DNA of 64,000 nt. It comes from Epithemia pelagica. Taxonomy: Eukaryota; Protista; Bacillariophyta. Below, one piece after another: positions 10,348-20,400 of this stretch; positions within the stretch are counted from its first letter, which is position 1, and every line of letters begins with the position of its first letter. The stretch is from the NCBI GenBank assembly GCA_946965045.2, contig OX337238.1, forward strand, positions 3,286,001 to 3,350,000, given 5' to 3'. The translations under genes were made by a program, and so were the position numbers. Below the pieces are notes generated by a model that ran no database searches, was not told where the DNA came from, and was given only the letters and a program-made list of their open reading frames with translations.

Positions 10348-13300
10348 TATAGGTATCAAGTTTCATCGCCGAAGTTTCTCCGCCTAAACTTCGGCACCTA
10401 AGTTTCTCCGAAGTTTCATGACGCTGCTTTGGCCTTACCTAAGTTTCGGGTGGCCCTTTAAATATTTAGCCTATGTATTGAATCCTGTCTGTGAACGTTG
10501 GTGTCAACGTCCATATCTTCCGAGTGGTCTTTCGTGTGGATGTCCATTCTGCCAACCAAACATGATCTGCCGTCTCGAATCGACAGGAACCATGTACCAT
10601 GTACCCGCCTCCATCTTCATCCAACAACCAAACAAAAGTCGTGATTGCTGCTGTGGTGATCACTGACGAGCATTGATAACCATCATGGACAACCTTACGG
10701 AGGTTGAGCAGGACGTTGGTACCTCCCCGTCATTTGCCAATATATCTCCATTGACAGACGACCAACAGCAGATGTTGGAGGCGCAGACGAACCAAAACGA
10801 TGTCAACGAGGTGGTTGCAGAGGATGTCGAAGAAGTGGCAGAAGTGCAAGTGCTGGTGGGAGCAAAGCGAAAGGTCAATCCTCCCAAAAAGAAGGCCAAT
10901 CAACTTGTCCGAGATCAATTCAAGATCGGGCCAGACCCCAACCGACAGGGGTATCTGGCCGTTGTATGCGTGCATTGTAAAGAGTTCCGATCCTGGAAAA
11001 CATTCAACGCGAGTGTTGCCTCCAACCACATTATCCACAAGTGTCGTAAAGTTCCTGCAACCATCAAAGACAGTTGTGAAGACGCGACACAAGCTTCAAA
11101 GCGGGCCAAGAAGCAACTCGGGTTGATTGTTGGTGGTCCATTGAGTCAAGAGTCGTCGGCTTCTGTCAGCAACAGCAGTGGCAGTGGTGAGAATGTTGTC
11201 AGCAATGGTAGTAGTTCCCGTAAGGCTCCATCCACCATCACCACCACCAAGAAACAGTCTTCGTCACAGCAATCATCCATGCTGCAGTTTGGCCACATTG
11301 TCAACGAAGTGACTGCAAACAAGGCAATCACAAAGTCCGTCGAAACGATGCTGGCACGTTTCGAACCACTCAACAGGGTTAGTGACCCATTCTTCCAGGA
11401 CGAGATGGTGTCACGTTGGGGAAAGGCTATTCTTCGACACCTTCCCAACCATCACGATACTGTATACAAGCGATTTGTTCTCCCCATTGATAGAAACTGT
11501 CGTGAGGAGCTGAAGCAAATGTTGCACAAGATTCAGGGTGGACTTACCATTGCTGCTGACGGTGTGACAGCAAATGGTACGAGTACCATTCTGTACACAG
11601 TCTCCAAGGGTCCAGTCACTATGTTTTGTAGAGCCACGAGACTTCGAAACGAAGCACATGTGGCTGATGCAGAGGTGGAGGACATGGTGGATTTTATGGA
11701 GACAGCACGTCGCGACTTTGATACATCAGTGGTTTGTGTTGCTTGTGACAACGCAGCCAACAATATTGTTAAAGGAGCATGTGAGAAGTACAGAGAACGC
11801 AACAAATCAGAACCTAGTATTCTCCATAACCGAGACTGTGCACACTGCATTGACCTGGTGGCCAAAGATCTGGCAAAGGTTCCATGCATTGAGTCAGTCC
11901 TGACCGATGCTCAGTTACTCATGGAGTTTTCCACAACAGACAACATCGATGGCATCCGGCACGAGCTTGTGCGAACTGGAGAGCTCCCTCGGTCTTGTGG
12001 TCATGTGACCAATTACTCCGACACCAGATTCAACAAAGTCGGCATGACACTCATGTCTATAACCAAACAGAGGCAGTTCTACGAGTGGTGCTGTAACAAT
12101 CCACCTATGTTCATGCAGTACTACAATACGAGGAACAAGAAGCGTCAGGAGAAGCTTGATGCTGCTCTCCGATTGGTCAATCGCGATTTCTGGGCGAAGC
12201 TTCATGTCCTAACTCAACTATTCCAAGTCATTGAACATGGAACGAAGCTGGTATCAAGTGAGAAATTCCCACTGTCAGCATACTACCCACTGGTTGTGGC
12301 AATGAGGAACGAGATTCACCAAGTCATGAAGAACAGTAGTGGAACACGATCTTTTGATTCTCTGTTTGCAGTGCCTGGGGCAAAAGAATCAATTTTCGAC
12401 AGTATTGATGTCCGCTTCAACTTCGCTGGTGTCCAACCCAATGGAAGGAAAGTTGGGCTACTTGACAAGTACCATGTGTGGGCGTATATTGTTGACCCAT
12501 TCCGCCCAATGATCCCATTCCGTCCGTTGCTTCCCTCCCTTGCTCGTTCTGTCCGAGAAGCAATCGACTTCTTTGTCCACGAGGATGGCTCAGCAACTCC
12601 AACAAACTCAGCAACTCCTCCTCCAGCTCCAGGTCCACCTCAATACAACCCAAACTATGACTATGGGGATGAAGATATTGCTGAGGTCCAACAAGCAATC
12701 CGTGAAATTGAGCGAGAATTGGAACCATCACAGAGCAACAAGACTGTTGTCGACAGGGAGCTTCGGTCGTACCTAGGTCGTTCTGGAGACTGGATTGACC
12801 TGTTCCACAAAGAAAAGGCACGGCCATCTATGGACAAGAATGCAGAAGAGTGTCAGCTGACCATTGAAATGGTTGCCAAATGGCTCGAAGACACGGGATG
12901 GTATCAAGGACGGATGGAGTTCTTCAGCATAGCACCGTCCACAAAGGTGTTTCCATTGCTGATTGAACCACTCCTATCTGTCAGGGCAACAGGGTCAATT
13001 TGTGTCGAGAGAGTTGCTAAACCTCTGAAAAATAATATTTGGAATAAACTTCGTGCATCGCTTGGCCAGGACAAGGCTGAGGTTTGCCTCAGGGTTGGGC
13101 TCAACCTACGGTATCTGCTGAACGTGCGGTCAACTATCCGCCAAGCAACCCATGAGCAATACCTTGATTGTGATCTCTTTGGATCTGTGTAAGTCAATCA
13201 ATGGTTTACCTTTGATATAGACGAGGACCTGTTGTGTTGTTGGTCTTTATTACGTCTTACGAAAAAATGAGGGAAGGAGCCGTATTTCATAGCTACCTAA

Positions 13301-13386
13301 ACTACCTAAACTTCAAAACCTAAGTTTCACCTAAACTTCTTTAGAAACTACACTAAAAATCTGAGTACCTAAGTTTGATAGCTATA
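10348..13386 (+). mobile_element. hAT-superfamily DNA transposon 1 (apparently autonomous)
   Basis: 8-bp TSD CCTTCATC (10340-10347 and 13387-13394); imperfect TIRs TATAGGTATCAAGTTT / TATAGCTATCAAACTT; subterminal CCTAAGTTT/CCTAAACT repeats at both ends; single transposase ORF. Confidence 0.93.
10685..13192 (+). CDS. hAT transposase
   Basis: BED-like finger (CVHC...HIIHKC), D1 TIAADG, D2 ACDNAAN, CxxH (DCAHCIDL), DTRF, catalytic E in SICVERV; uninterrupted ORF. Confidence 0.9.
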   Translation: MDNLTEVEQDVGTSPSFANISPLTDDQQQMLEAQTNQNDVNEVVAEDVEEVAEVQVLVGAKRKVNPPKKKANQLVRDQFKIGPDPNRQGYLAVVCVHCKEFRSWKTFNASVASNHIIHKCRKVPATIKDSCEDATQASKRAKKQLGLIVGGPLSQESSASVSNSSGSGENVVSNGSSSRKAPSTITTTKKQSSSQQSSMLQFGHIVNEVTANKAITKSVETMLARFEPLNRVSDPFFQDEMVSRWGKAILRHLPNHHDTVYKRFVLPIDRNCREELKQMLHKIQGGLTIAADGVTANGTSTILYTVSKGPVTMFCRATRLRNEAHVADAEVEDMVDFMETARRDFDTSVVCVACDNAANNIVKGACEKYRERNKSEPSILHNRDCAHCIDLVAKDLAKVPCIESVLTDAQLLMEFSTTDNIDGIRHELVRTGELPRSCGHVTNYSDTRFNKVGMTLMSITKQRQFYEWCCNNPPMFMQYYNTRNKKRQEKLDAALRLVNRDFWAKLHVLTQLFQVIEHGTKLVSSEKFPLSAYYPLVVAMRNEIHQVMKNSSGTRSFDSLFAVPGAKESIFDSIDVRFNFAGVQPNGRKVGLLDKYHVWAYIVDPFRPMIPFRPLLPSLARSVREAIDFFVHEDGSATPTNSATPPPAPGPPQYNPNYDYGDEDIAEVQQAIREIERELEPSQSNKTVVDRELRSYLGRSGDWIDLFHKEKARPSMDKNAEECQLTIEMVAKWLEDTGWYQGRMEFFSIAPSTKVFPLLIEPLLSVRATGSICVERVAKPLKNNIWNKLRASLGQDKAEVCLRVGLNLRYLLNVRSTIRQATHEQYLDCDLFGSV

Positions 13387-13847
13387 CCTTCATCCACTGT
13401 TTAGTCCTCGCCTTGGTAGTCTGGTTAGACTATTTTTGGCCCGGCGCGTCGGTCGACGTCTCCCTGCGGGGAGCGTGCGGCAGCGTTAAAATAGATATTT
13501 CCCTTTATTTTTGATTATATTATAGACATGCGAGAATTGGCAATCCAGTCCGTGATTGAGTGGAGAATGGGAAACGACGGGACCTTGAGAGGACACGTCC
13601 TCCTTTGTTGAATGTTGTGTGGCGTGTAACGAGCCATGGAAATTCAGGAGTGAGCCGTTCGACGCAGTTGGATCAACTTCATTTCGACTCTTGTGGTGGT
13701 TGGTTCCCCATCCAATTTGTTCAAGAAATCGTGTCAGGCAGTGCCGATGGCCTTGGTGCGTCATTGGTCCACTTTGTGCGTCATACAATCATGACTGGCA
13801 AGCTCGAACAAGTGTTTCAGCAACAGAGACCATATGTCTACCAATCA

Positions 13848-15011
13848 TTAGTCTATTGTGTCCATGTACGAAATAGACTGGCGTTGGAGTGACTGGATTT
13901 GTGGAACAGAGCAATCCAACAATCGTTGGAACAAGAAGGACTCCTTGTCGACGAATGCAAGTCGTTTGTACCAAAGGCACCCATGACGGTGAAGGTCAGT
14001 GTCGTCCGAATCGTCCAAAATAATCTTTCCCTTGGAATTGGTGAAAACGCGTGTCATAGCACAAGGCGAGAAAGGGTCCCACGAATCGGATTGGTATTCA
14101 AATTTCCATGAAATGTTTCGCTTCGTATCCAGAACCTCAACAAAACGATCCGCAAACAACAAACAGTGTCCAACTCGGACCACATCTGAACTTGTAATGT
14201 TCCCAAGATTCCGATCCCCGTGAACGATCCATGTCATGGTGGAGGTCGATAAAGTCTCTTTCGACTGGACATAAGTAGTATTCAAACCGGGTGGATCAAA
14301 ATCCAGATATTCCACGGAATGACCAAGAACCGTCGAACCTTTACATTCCCCACCAACGACGTAGACACGATTCTGCACAACCTCCATCCCGAAGGAATGT
14401 CGCGCATAATTGAGATCGGGTCCAGGAAAGGACACGGATGAATGAGGGGAATGTGTATCAATGATTTCCACCGAAGCAATGGGGTCTTGTTGGTGAGTTA
14501 TTCCACCGGCCACAACAATAAACCAGTCTTGGACTGAGACAGCTTTGGCGAGCACTCGCGGTATGCCAAGACAGCACGGAAACGGTTTCCATGTCTTGTC
14601 GTCTTCGTTGTCAGTTGAGGTCCTTGGCTCCAACAAATCCTGGATTGATACTCTTTTGATCGTTTTTAACGGCTTGCCATCAGAATTTATTCCACCAATC
14701 ACATAGATATGGTCACCAGCCACCACACTTGTCAAGTATGTTCTTGCTTCGGGCATAGAGGGCCCTTTGCTCCAGCGTTTGGTTTCAACATGCCAAACAT
14801 CCACACAAGTCACGGCCGAGCGTCCTTCGCGGCCTCCCAATACTACAATCGTCGGTTCTTGGGTCTTGTCAGGATGACGAACGGTAACCAAGGAACAACC
14901 AGTTCTTTTATGTTCCAACGGTGAGCTTGGTCGTCGCAGTCCAATGTCGTTATCGTTGTCATTCAAGAACACGAGTCCTGACAAACGCGCTTCTTCCTGC
15001 AGCCAGCTCAT
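13848..15011 (-). CDS. Kelch-repeat protein
   Basis: 387-aa intact ORF, MSWLQEEARLSGLVFL, Kelch GG motifs, C-terminal DKESFLFQRLLDCSVPQIQSL. Confidence 0.88.
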   Translation of the reverse strand: MSWLQEEARLSGLVFLNDNDNDIGLRRPSSPLEHKRTGCSLVTVRHPDKTQEPTIVVLGGREGRSAVTCVDVWHVETKRWSKGPSMPEARTYLTSVVAGDHIYVIGGINSDGKPLKTIKRVSIQDLLEPRTSTDNEDDKTWKPFPCCLGIPRVLAKAVSVQDWFIVVAGGITHQQDPIASVEIIDTHSPHSSVSFPGPDLNYARHSFGMEVVQNRVYVVGGECKGSTVLGHSVEYLDFDPPGLNTTYVQSKETLSTSTMTWIVHGDRNLGNITSSDVVRVGHCLLFADRFVEVLDTKRNISWKFEYQSDSWDPFSPCAMTRVFTNSKGKIILDDSDDTDLHRHGCLWYKRLAFVDKESFLFQRLLDCSVPQIQSLQRQSISYMDTID

Positions 15012-15170
15012 GTTTCGCTAACATTATGGGGACGATATTTGAACTGTTGGCGGATTGTGATTTGTGTCCAATCCAATCCGTTTGTTTCTCTGGTCCGAAT
15101 GCGCGTTCTGTGGCACGAATCGAACGGTTTCGCGCAAGTGTGTTTTTGAAAACGCATCCTTGAACTTTCG

Positions 15171-15190
15171 ACGGCGCACGATTCTTCTCG
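15171..15190. promoter_or_regulatory. Candidate conserved cis-element upstream of Kelch genes (copy 1; others at 31161-31180 and 33263-33282)
   Basis: ACGGCGCACGATTCTTCTCG is identical in three otherwise diverged upstream regions, about 160-220 bp from the ATG. Confidence 0.45.
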
Positions 15191-16020
15191 TCTGAGGGTT
15201 TCAAGAGATGCACAACCGCTGCGCACGGAGCGAGGCCAGCAAAAGGAGGTGCATAGGATTCCAAGAAGTCCAGGGTTCGTTGCCGCGAGGAGAATGGCAA
15301 GAACTCCTCTCGCATATCAAGTCTTTTTTTTGTTCCACAATTCAAACGTCAGAGCATGAGCATGACTGGAAGCGCTCCAGCATTGGTTTGGTTTGGTGCG
15401 TATCCTTTTCCAAGGGCTTGTGCATGGCAAAAATGGAAGCAGTCGGAGGCTGGTGGACGCCCATCTCTCGCAGATCGTGTCCTCTTAGGGGTTCCCCACA
15501 CCAAACTCACGAGCGTCACAGAGCTGTGGATCGTTTCGTTCCGGGGGCCGTTTCCACTGGAACATGGTTCTTGCTTGCATCCTACAGTGGTTTGGCGTTG
15601 TGTGTCGGTGGTTCTTTTTCACCAGCGCAAGGCAGATGGCAGAGAAACGAGAGCAGAGAACGAGGCTGGTGGATTTCAGCTCTCGTCTCTCGTGTCCTCG
15701 TCGTTGGTTTCCCCCAACTAAAATCCACAAGGACGTTCCAGAACATATGAGAGATTTCTGCTTTCATCGCTCCAATATTTGATTTGGTGTGGGTCGTTTC
15801 CGAACATAACGGGACCTCCAAGACAGGGGCGCAAATTGGAACCAGAGATGAAATCAATCGTCGTGGTGGCTCCAAAAGACTCCACAGCGCCTGTGCCCAA
15901 TAATACGAGCCAAAGATGAAAACAATGTCGTGGTCGTTCCACAGATTTCACCGCCAGTGTTCTGGTGCCAAGAAGAAGAAGAATACCTGGTCTGGAACCT
16001 GCAGTGCTGTTTGGTTTCTC

Positions 16021-16056
16021 TTCTTCTTCTTCTTCTTCTTCTTCTTCTTCTTCTTC
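16021..16056. repeat. (TTC)12 microsatellite
   Basis: Direct reading; the paralogous position near 34447 has only about 3 units. Confidence 0.95.
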
Positions 16057-16680
16057 TCCAGGAACCACAACCAGGTCGCTTGCTGCTCCTTTCTGTTTCG
16101 TCGCACTATTAATGTGGAGAGTGTGAGCCTTGCACGATCATTGCAGTGGTGAGTCTTTCCAAACCACCCCGAACGGATTCATTCTTGTGCAGGAGAACGT
16201 GACAGTCGCAACTTAACCTCCATGGACTGGTGTGGTTGGTTGGTGGTGTTTTGCAACTGTGCAAGTCCTGTTCCGAGCTGGAGGACTACCGAAAGGGGTG
16301 CGGCGGTTGCTCCAGTCGCGACTCCACCAATGGAGAAGAACAAGAGCTTCTTTTGCCTTGTGTGTCTGTCCCGAGAGTGTTTTTTCTGGTCTGGAAGGGA
16401 GAGCCATTCCTCACAGTTCGGCCTTGTTGCAGAGAGAAACGCCACACGGAAAGAGCATTGTCTGGAACGAAAAGAGTTCAGGTCAACTGTGCCATGCACA
16501 TGCATCCTCTATCCTCTCCACAAAACGAGATTTTGAAGTTTCAAAATGTGGCGATCGCCAACCCCAAAAGCATCAGTCGCCGGGCGCGCACGACCATGAC
16601 ATGGCTTGGTCGTGGTTGTACGGTTCGGTCGCGGTTGTAACTTCCTCTTCCGAATCGCACACAAACAACCACACCATGGG

Positions 16681-17448
16681 ACTTAATGTATGTAGAAAAC
16701 TAACGTAAGACGTGATGGTTAGTGCTCTGAACTTCTGTAGTCAACCAGTTCACTCGGTACACGATGGGGCCCTCACCTTGTACTAGGTTAGTATGGTTGA
16801 CTCCTTCCTAAAGGTTGCTTACAACTTTCAGGTTTTTATAAGAAGTGAGCTTATTCTATCGAAAGTGTTTGTTTCTCATGATTGCTCTTTCATTACTTCC
16901 TTTCAGTCATAAAGAGTTTACTTTTCCCGAATCGTTGGGCCCGGTGAAGAAACATCTTTGACTTCTAGGTAAGGCGCTACAGACGCTCTACGTTTAGGGA
17001 CTAATGGAACCTGTTCTCTTAGTGCATAGAACCTGTTCCATATACTCAAACTGTGAGGGATAGAGGCGGAACTATTGGCTTGAACCGAGTATCCATGATC
17101 CTTTGGTGAATCTTGTTGTAAGTTGGAGACGTGTATGTTTTAGGTGAGACATAGCCTGGACTTTGCTTCCGAGTGGAGCTCGTCCGGCTTTTGCCTGTCG
17201 TAGATAGTAGTGGGCATATGTAAATGTGTATCACAAAACACCAGGGTTATTCAGAGAGGGAACATTGTGCCGCAGGCTCGGACATGTCACATACATGGGC
17301 ACAGCTTCGTCAGCCGTCCACGCACGTGTTCGCACAAGCTTGCAGGACAGATGGCACAGCTATGTCATGGTAGACGTGTACTCTCATAGAGTCTAGGTGT
17401 TGTTCTTCGAAAGGAAGTTCTAGGTCTATAGCTAGCCGTACTTTAACT
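16681..17448 (-). repeat. 3' LTR of Copia element 2
   Basis: Direct repeat of 26404-27171; differences seen at 17389 and 17415. Confidence 0.95.
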
Positions 17449-17457
17449 CTCCCTCTC
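17449..17457 (-). promoter_or_regulatory. Polypurine tract of Copia element 2
   Basis: GAGAGGGAG on the minus strand abutting the 3' LTR. Confidence 0.7.
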
Positions 17458-17497
17458 ATGGAGTGATTGGGGAATTACGACATGCCGTAGACTCAGT

Positions 17498-20400
17498 TTA
17501 CCATCCTTGATTGAGCTTACGGCACTTTTCGAAGAGTTCCCGAGTTTGGCACTTGGTGAAATAATCTGCCCTTTGTTCCTCGGTTCCTACCATGCTTACC
17601 TTCACTCCGCCTGGGTGATCACCTACATGTTCCCAGAAGAAGTGTAAGTACGTGTTGAAGTGTTTTGTCCTAGGTGTCAATCTTTGCTTAGTTGCAAGAT
17701 AGAAGGCACCTGTATTGTCTTCAAATACTTCAGAGAAGATGGTTGGCTTCTCAAATGGCAGGTCTAGGTTTGCTAGAAGTTCCTCTATCACGCGTCTCGT
17801 AGCTATCACACTTCGCATGGCTTGGGAGAGAGCGTGGTACTCGGCTTGGAGGGTACTTAGTGCAACTGATGATTGTAGCTGCGACCGCCAAATAAGAGGA
17901 CACCCACAAAAGCTAAGAATGTAACCAGTCCTGGACTTAGCACTTACTGGGTTGTCTTGAGGCTCCCTTCCATGTAGTCCTGCGAAATCGGCATCTACAT
18001 AGCAATCTAGCTTGAAATCTTTAGTTGGCGTAAAGATGGTTCCTTTATCCTTGGTGCGTGCTAGATAGCGCACTATGGTTTTCACTGCTGCCGCATGTGA
18101 TTTCTTCGGATTAGAGTTGAATCGTGCTACTTGGCTCACAGCGAAGGCTATATCTGGTCGGGTGTTAGTTGCAAGGTACAGTAACATTCCCACGATAGAG
18201 CTGTATTGCCATTTCTCTTTCATGGGTTCCCCATCAGGATCGCTTCCCAATGCTAATTGTGTAGCAGGGGTCCAATTCGGGTTGCAGTCCTGCATATTGG
18301 TAGCGTCAATTACCTTGTTGATAAGTCCCTTTTGAGTCATGGTGATCGAATTGGTCTTTTCATCTCGGACAAAGTTGATCCCCAAATAATTGGTGAAATT
18401 TCCTTCTTTTTCCAGTGATAAGCCCTTTTTCTTCAATCGTTCAACTAGTTCGTCAATTAAGGTAATTGTAGGTGCGCACACTCCACAGTCGTCTACCCAT
18501 AGAAAGATGATTATGTTTTCCTTGTACAGTAAACATTGGTCGTGTTTACTCATTTGGAATCCGTCTTCCTTGAGGGCCTGTATTAGGTGGTCATACCACA
18601 GTCTAGGTGCCGATGACAATCCATAGAGGCTTTTGACCAACCTAAGGCATGTAGTTCCTTTTAACGATGATCGAAATCCTCTAGGCAGATGGATCCATAC
18701 GGGTTCATTCAAAGTGGCTTGCACGAAAGCATTATTGAAGTCAATGCATGCAAGTTCCCATCCTAGAATCAGACTGAGGGTGAGTACGATGCGAATAGTG
18801 CTCCAGTTGACTACAGGGGAATAGTTCTCTTGCTCTGACTCCTGGAGGTCACCGCGAACGCAATATCGTGCTTTGAACTTGGAAATTTCTCCGTCAGGGG
18901 TTCTTTTGCGTTTGAACACCCAGGTACCGGGTAAAATTCGCGTAGTTGCTTCACTCTGCGGCACCTCTACCCATGTTCCCTTTTCTTCTAGTTCTCGGAT
19001 TTCTTTGCTGGCTGCAGCCTGCCACTTGGTGAGATCCTTATCTCGCATAGCTTCATCATAACTGAGGGTGTCAGGATCTGATAAGGAAGCTTTCATCATG
19101 GAGAGAAGGTCACTAGACTGGACAGAGGCTGGGAAACTACATAGGTCTTGCACATAGCGTTTGGGCGGTCGAATAGTTCGTCCGGAACGCCTAGACACCA
19201 TAGTTGGACCAGGTGTAGGAGCTGGAGTAGGGATGCGAGGCGATTGTGGTTGCTCCCTCTGAGGAGTGGATGGCTCGAAAGAAGGGGGTGCAGGCAAAGA
19301 AGGGGTCATAGGAGAAGGTTGCTCTGCGATAGTAGGTAGTTTGGTAGGAGTGGTACGGACTGTTTCCCTCTGAGAAAGGGGCGTCGATGGAGAAAGAGGG
19401 GTTACTCCCTCTGACAACGGCACCGGTTTCTCGCCTGGAGCAGAGCCAGGAGTATTAAGAGGGTAGATACCAGGAGAGTTAGAATGACTAGGGAGGACGG
19501 AAGGAGGGTCGTGAGTCTCAATAGATCGAGTTACAGTGGTCTGTTTGTTGCCAAAGTCGGAATGATGTAGAACATCATGTGGAGCTGGAGACTCATAGTC
19601 TAGATCATCATCGTCCTCAATGTATTGGTAGTGTGAGTCACCAAAAAGTCGGTCCCATTCGTGACTGGTAAGGTCAGGAAGGTCTTCAACGGATGTGGCA
19701 ATTGTACTAAACCAGTCGTCGAAGACAACGTGGAATTGAGGGGTAATATACCCCGTATTGGGGTTGAGTACCAGTGGTACAGTTGTAGCATGACGGGTAC
19801 TTAGGCCCATGAGAATTCCTCGCGTGGAGCGGGGCTTCCATCGTGGAAGCTTCTTACCGTCAGCCATGGCTTTGTCCAATACATAGACGGGACAACCCCA
19901 CACATGTAAGTCATGGAATTTCCGTTGCTCCCATCTTGTTCGTGTAAACAAGTCATGGGGACTTATGCCTGTGTCGAGGCTTGGAACATGGTTACTTAAG
20001 AAAGTTGCATGTGCGACTGCCATTGGCCATAGAGAAGGATCAGCCATTTCGGGCCATTGTATGGCCGCGTGTAGCATCATCGTTCTTGCTATAGACATAA
20101 TGGTTTGTATTGCACGTTCGGCTATACCGGCATGGTGATGTGCCCCAACTCCCGCAAATCGATAAGTTTGTGCAAAATTTTGTAGGGACTCCGTATATTT
20201 AGCCGATGTAAAGGCAGAACCATTGTCAGTTAGGTACTGTAGGGGCACAACTCCCACATCTCTACAGAAAAGTTCGAATGAGTCTTTTACTCGTAGGGTC
20301 TCATGGGTGTTTAGATGACTCTGGAACCCAATCCAGGTGTACCCCGAAGCGTGGTCTACAAAGATTGCGCCGCCCATGTACAGGTCGGAAGATTTTGACT

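Larger units (their letters stand above)
10331..13512. mobile_element. Short (~136 bp net) unclassified insertion flanked by a 15-bp direct repeat, later interrupted by hAT 1
   Basis: GATTATATTATAGAC at 10316-10330 and 13513-13527 brackets 17 bp + the hAT + TSD copy + ~118 bp ending in TTTATTTTT. Confidence 0.45.
15012..16668. repeat. Upstream region of the Kelch duplication unit, paralogous to ~33110-35250 (and partly to 30945-31300)
   Basis: Collinear matches, e.g. ccgcgaggagaatggcaagaac, cgctccag.att.ggtttggtt, tttcaaaatgtggc, tcttccgaatcgcac. Confidence 0.8.
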
